IMG/VR virus record: IMGVR_UViG_3300020280_000115
Location: 1 to 29,648 of that record
Reading direction: 5' to 3' (one strand)
Source: a virus
Lineage: Duplodnaviria > Caudoviricetes
DNA length: 29,648 bases
Shown: positions 26,796 to 29,648 of the stretch, piece after piece
Position numbering within the stretch: position 1 is the first letter of the stretch
Layout of the letters: each line of letters begins with the position of its first letter
Notes under the pieces: generated by a model
Databases searched by the model: none
Told to the model about the DNA's origin: nothing
The model's input: the letters and a program-made list of their open reading frames with translations, nothing else
Made by a program: the position numbers and the translations under genes

Positions 26796-27825
26796 ATACT
26801 CTGTTGATTACATTGTTCACTCTTACAAAGTGAGCCGCCTTAGGCATATCTTTAATTCGTCTTGCTCCTATATAAGTGCAAGTGCTTCTTACTCCACCTA
26901 AAATTTGTTCAACAGTGTCTTTGACTGGGCCTTTATCCTTCAATGTAACTGTCTTGCCTTCTACGCCTCTGTATCCGTCTTTTCTTTGTCCGTGTGTGTT
27001 CAATGCTGTTTGTGATGCCATTCCATAAAAAACTCTCTTGCCGTCTTGCAATTCTAATTCTGATTCGTCGTGTCCTGCTAACATACCTCCAAGCATTACA
27101 AAATGTGCACCGCCACCTAATGCTTTGGAAACGTCTCCTGGTTGTGTACAACCACCATCTGCAATAATGTGTCCACCAACTCCATTAGCGGCATCTGAAC
27201 ATTCCATTATTGCCGAAAATTGCGGAACACCTACTCCTGTCTGCGTCCTTGTGGTACACACACTACCTGGACCAATTCCAACTTTAACTATGTCTGCACC
27301 TTTTATAATTAATTCTTCTGTCATATTAGGTGTGACTACATTTCCAGCAATTATAATTTTATCTGGATATTCTGTTCTAATTTTTGTAACAAAGTCTACA
27401 AATGATTCGTGATAGGCATTAGCAACATCAATTGTGATACAAGGTATATCAGGAAATGCTGACATCACTTGTTTAAGTGTTTGATAATCATGTGCGTTCT
27501 CGTCCCATATAGCACCCGTTCCAACACAGGCAGAAACGTATTTAAATTTTAATCCTGTGCCTGCGGCTTGTTTCCAATCATCTAGATTATAATGCTTTCT
27601 AATTACCGTGAGCATTTTGTATTCTTGTAAAACTCTCGCCATTGAAAATGTGCCTACTCCATCCATGTTACTAGCCATAATAGGAACATATGACAATTCT
27701 TTTCCACTGTTTCTAAATTTGAATTTTCTCAAGATATCAACATCACGTCTAGAACTTAAAGTTGATCTTTTAGGATGTAATAAAACGTCTGAATAATCTA
27801 AATGTATATTGTAATCAATTCTCAT
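26773..27825 (-). CDS. guaC: GMP reductase
   Basis: LDYSDVLLHPKRSTLSSR, SNMDGVG, DVANAY, KVGIGPGSVCTTR, IADGG, FYGMAS, YRGVEGK. Confidence 0.95.
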   Translation of the reverse strand: MRIDYNIHLDYSDVLLHPKRSTLSSRRDVDILRKFKFRNSGKELSYVPIMASNMDGVGTFSMARVLQEYKMLTVIRKHYNLDDWKQAAGTGLKFKYVSACVGTGAIWDENAHDYQTLKQVMSAFPDIPCITIDVANAYHESFVDFVTKIRTEYPDKIIIAGNVVTPNMTEELIIKGADIVKVGIGPGSVCTTRTQTGVGVPQFSAIMECSDAANGVGGHIIADGGCTQPGDVSKALGGGAHFVMLGGMLAGHDESELELQDGKRVFYGMASQTALNTHGQRKDGYRGVEGKTVTLKDKGPVKDTVEQILGGVRSTCTYIGARRIKDMPKAAHFVRVNNVINRVFDKYEQN

Positions 27826-28114
27826 TAAAAAAGTCCTTTATGTTTACCGCTCTATCATCAACCCAAACATCATACACAGGTTTCTTCATCTGTATTGATG
27901 TGTGCTTTACACCCCATTCTGCAAGTTGTTTGTTTGTTAACTCAGTCCAATCTATGCCTGAATTGCCACCTCTTGCTGTCCAGTAGTGTAATTCGTTGCC
28001 TTCATCAAACAATTTGTTTAACTTTGCTATACGTTCTAGATCAGGTTGACTGTTTTCGTAATCGCTATTTTTATTATAACAAATTGTGTTGTCGATGTCG
28101 ACAATGTATTTCAT
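27815..28114 (-). CDS. Small HAD-superfamily phosphatase
   Basis: VDIDNTI, WTARG, KP, VDDRA. Confidence 0.85.
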   Translation of the reverse strand: MKYIVDIDNTICYNKNSDYENSQPDLERIAKLNKLFDEGNELHYWTARGGNSGIDWTELTNKQLAEWGVKHTSIQMKKPVYDVWVDDRAVNIKDFFNEN

Positions 28115-28374
28115 TACTTGTCTTTGCCAACTGCAATAATTAGATTCTCAAGACTGTCAAAAGCCTCAGAATATTTGCTCCACTCTCCTTTGTGTGCAAT
28201 CTTTATTGCCTTGTTTATTAAAGCAGGTTTTACTTCTAGTTCTTCTGCAACTGCTTTCACAGTGTCTTTTAGTCCTGCGTTTAAGTCTTCTATTTCCTGT
28301 AGAACGTTTGAACCTTCATCTACGATTCTTTTTAGTTTTGCTTGTTCTTCAGGGCCGTATGTTCTTGCTGACAT
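28114..28374 (-). CDS. T4 DsbA-like dsDNA-binding protein
   Basis: 86 aa helical/coiled-coil pattern (EIEDLNAGLKDTVKAVAEELEVKPALINKAIK); AGGAG RBS. Confidence 0.6.
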   Translation of the reverse strand: MSARTYGPEEQAKLKRIVDEGSNVLQEIEDLNAGLKDTVKAVAEELEVKPALINKAIKIAHKGEWSKYSEAFDSLENLIIAVGKDK

Positions 28375-28375
28375 A

Positions 28376-28918
28376 TTATTCTCCTTTTAGATATGCTACC
28401 ATGTTTTCAGGCGTTGATTCTACATATGGGTCATCGTCTGTGCCTTCATTGTTTATGCCTGGCTCTTGCCACCATCTTTCTACTACACCGTCTTTTACCA
28501 CTGCCATGTATCTCCAACTTCTATTTCCAAAGCCTAAATGGTTTTTACCAATCAGCATACCCATAAATCTTGTAAAGTTTCCTGATCCATCTGGAATCAT
28601 TTTTACGTTTTTAATTTGCATTTTTTCTGCCCAAGCATTCATCACAAAAGAATCATTTACTGACACACAATAAATTTCATCAATGCCCATATCTTTGATT
28701 GCATTGTATTCTTTTTCAAATCCTGGAAGTTGTTGTGATGAGCAAGTAGGAGTAAATGCTCCTGGTAAACTGAATATTACCACTCTTTTGCCTTTAAAAT
28801 ATGAGTCAGTTGTTGCGTTATGCCATTCTCCACCGATAGCACAACCGCCATCAGTTTCAACTTCGTCACCTGTTCTTATTCTGAATGTTACTTTTGGAAT
28901 TTTAAATCCTTTAATCAT
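28376..28918 (-). CDS. Peroxiredoxin (Prx5 type)
   Basis: PGAFTPTCS, VSVNDSFVMNAW, DGSGNFT, RSWRY. Confidence 0.95.
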   Translation of the reverse strand: MIKGFKIPKVTFRIRTGDEVETDGGCAIGGEWHNATTDSYFKGKRVVIFSLPGAFTPTCSSQQLPGFEKEYNAIKDMGIDEIYCVSVNDSFVMNAWAEKMQIKNVKMIPDGSGNFTRFMGMLIGKNHLGFGNRSWRYMAVVKDGVVERWWQEPGINNEGTDDDPYVESTPENMVAYLKGE

Positions 28919-28953
28919 AAATTACTTTACCTGTATAAAAATTAATATAATGA

Positions 28954-28982
28954 ATTATACTTAATTCTTACGGTAAAGTCAA
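28954..28982 (-). promoter_or_regulatory. Sigma70-type promoter
   Basis: TTGACT-N17-TATAAT upstream of the peroxiredoxin gene. Confidence 0.85.
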
Positions 28983-28985
28983 TGA

Positions 28986-29639
28986 TTAATCTTTGATAGG
29001 ACTGTCTTTTTCTTCGTAGAAATAGTCGTTGCTGTCACCAAAAGTGACACTGCTTTCGTTTTCACAGAAAAATTCACGTGTGCTTACTTGGAAGTCTGGT
29101 CTTTTTAGTTCTGATGGAGTAAGTGATTGTTCGTACCAAAGCATTCTATTATTTGGTTGTGCGAAATATTGTCCGTTTATCAGTCTGCCAAAATTGTGTT
29201 GTTTGTGTTCACTTGGCACTTCCGAAACACCAGTGTTTACAGAGTTGGCATCACCATGACAAGCGTCAACAGTGAATAGGTATTCACCCTTCATTTTGCC
29301 ACCACCCTTTAACATTATTTCTACGTCACAGTTTTTCAGCATAGATTTTGTCCATACTTGTATATTGGAACTAAAACTGTCCCATAATTCTAATGTGCCT
29401 AGTGGTAATTGTTCTTCTTCTTTGATGTCTGTGCGCCACACAAATGCTGACAATGGAAACTTATCAAAACAAGCACCGTACTCTGGTAGGTATGCTTCGA
29501 ACATTAATGCTCTGCCTTGCACTGATTTAACTGCTATGATAACTGCCTCTACGAACTCGCCGTGGCCTCTCTCAAGGTCGTGTAAGTATTCTTTACGAAC
29601 CCAACATTTTGTATACGGAATATTTGCAACGAAATTCAA
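28986..29639 (-). CDS. Hypothetical protein
   Basis: 217 aa ORF with TTG start near the window edge (start uncertain). Confidence 0.75.
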   Translation of the reverse strand: MNFVANIPYTKCWVRKEYLHDLERGHGEFVEAVIIAVKSVQGRALMFEAYLPEYGACFDKFPLSAFVWRTDIKEEEQLPLGTLELWDSFSSNIQVWTKSMLKNCDVEIMLKGGGKMKGEYLFTVDACHGDANSVNTGVSEVPSEHKQHNFGRLINGQYFAQPNNRMLWYEQSLTPSELKRPDFQVSTREFFCENESSVTFGDSNDYFYEEKDSPIKD

Positions 29640-29648
29640 GACACAACC

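Noticed and set aside
1-29648. Stop-codon reassignment, tRNA genes or mobile elements
   Set aside because: Genes are full length in the standard code with TAA, TAG and TGA all used as stops; intergenic gaps are short and no cloverleaf, transposase or integrase was recognised.

Overview
AT-rich, gene-dense segment of a large T4-like (probably jumbo, probably marine) dsDNA phage genome, almost all on the minus strand. It carries a replication core: family B DNA polymerase, DEDDh exonuclease, gp45-like sliding clamp, T4 RNase H-like nuclease and a DsbA-like DNA-binding protein. Between the clamp and RNase H genes lies a 7-deazaguanine DNA-modification locus (DpdA/TGT-fold transglycosylase, FolE, QueE, a QueD-like T-fold protein with an LxxxHRHxF motif, and no QueC/QueF in the window). 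Interleaved in it are a Gfo/Idh/MocA oxidoreductase, a Zn-dependent dehydrogenase, a GT-B glycosyltransferase, two SGNH-like proteins, a purine phosphoribosyltransferase and a HIT hydrolase, which together suggest a new, possibly glycosylated, deazaguanine hypermodification. Also present: GMP reductase, peroxiredoxin, ClpP, an AAA+/VWA-metallopeptidase pair, a fibre-like protein and a small tailoring-enzyme island (2OG-Fe(II)-like oxygenase, GNAT-like, pseudokinase-like, Tes/MJ0619-like radical SAM, SDR). Non-coding signals include four near-consensus sigma70 promoters, TAAATA late-promoter-like motifs and twin 5-bp-stem/8-nt-loop hairpins just upstream of the polymerase RBS. All family calls come from motif recognition by eye; no database search was run.
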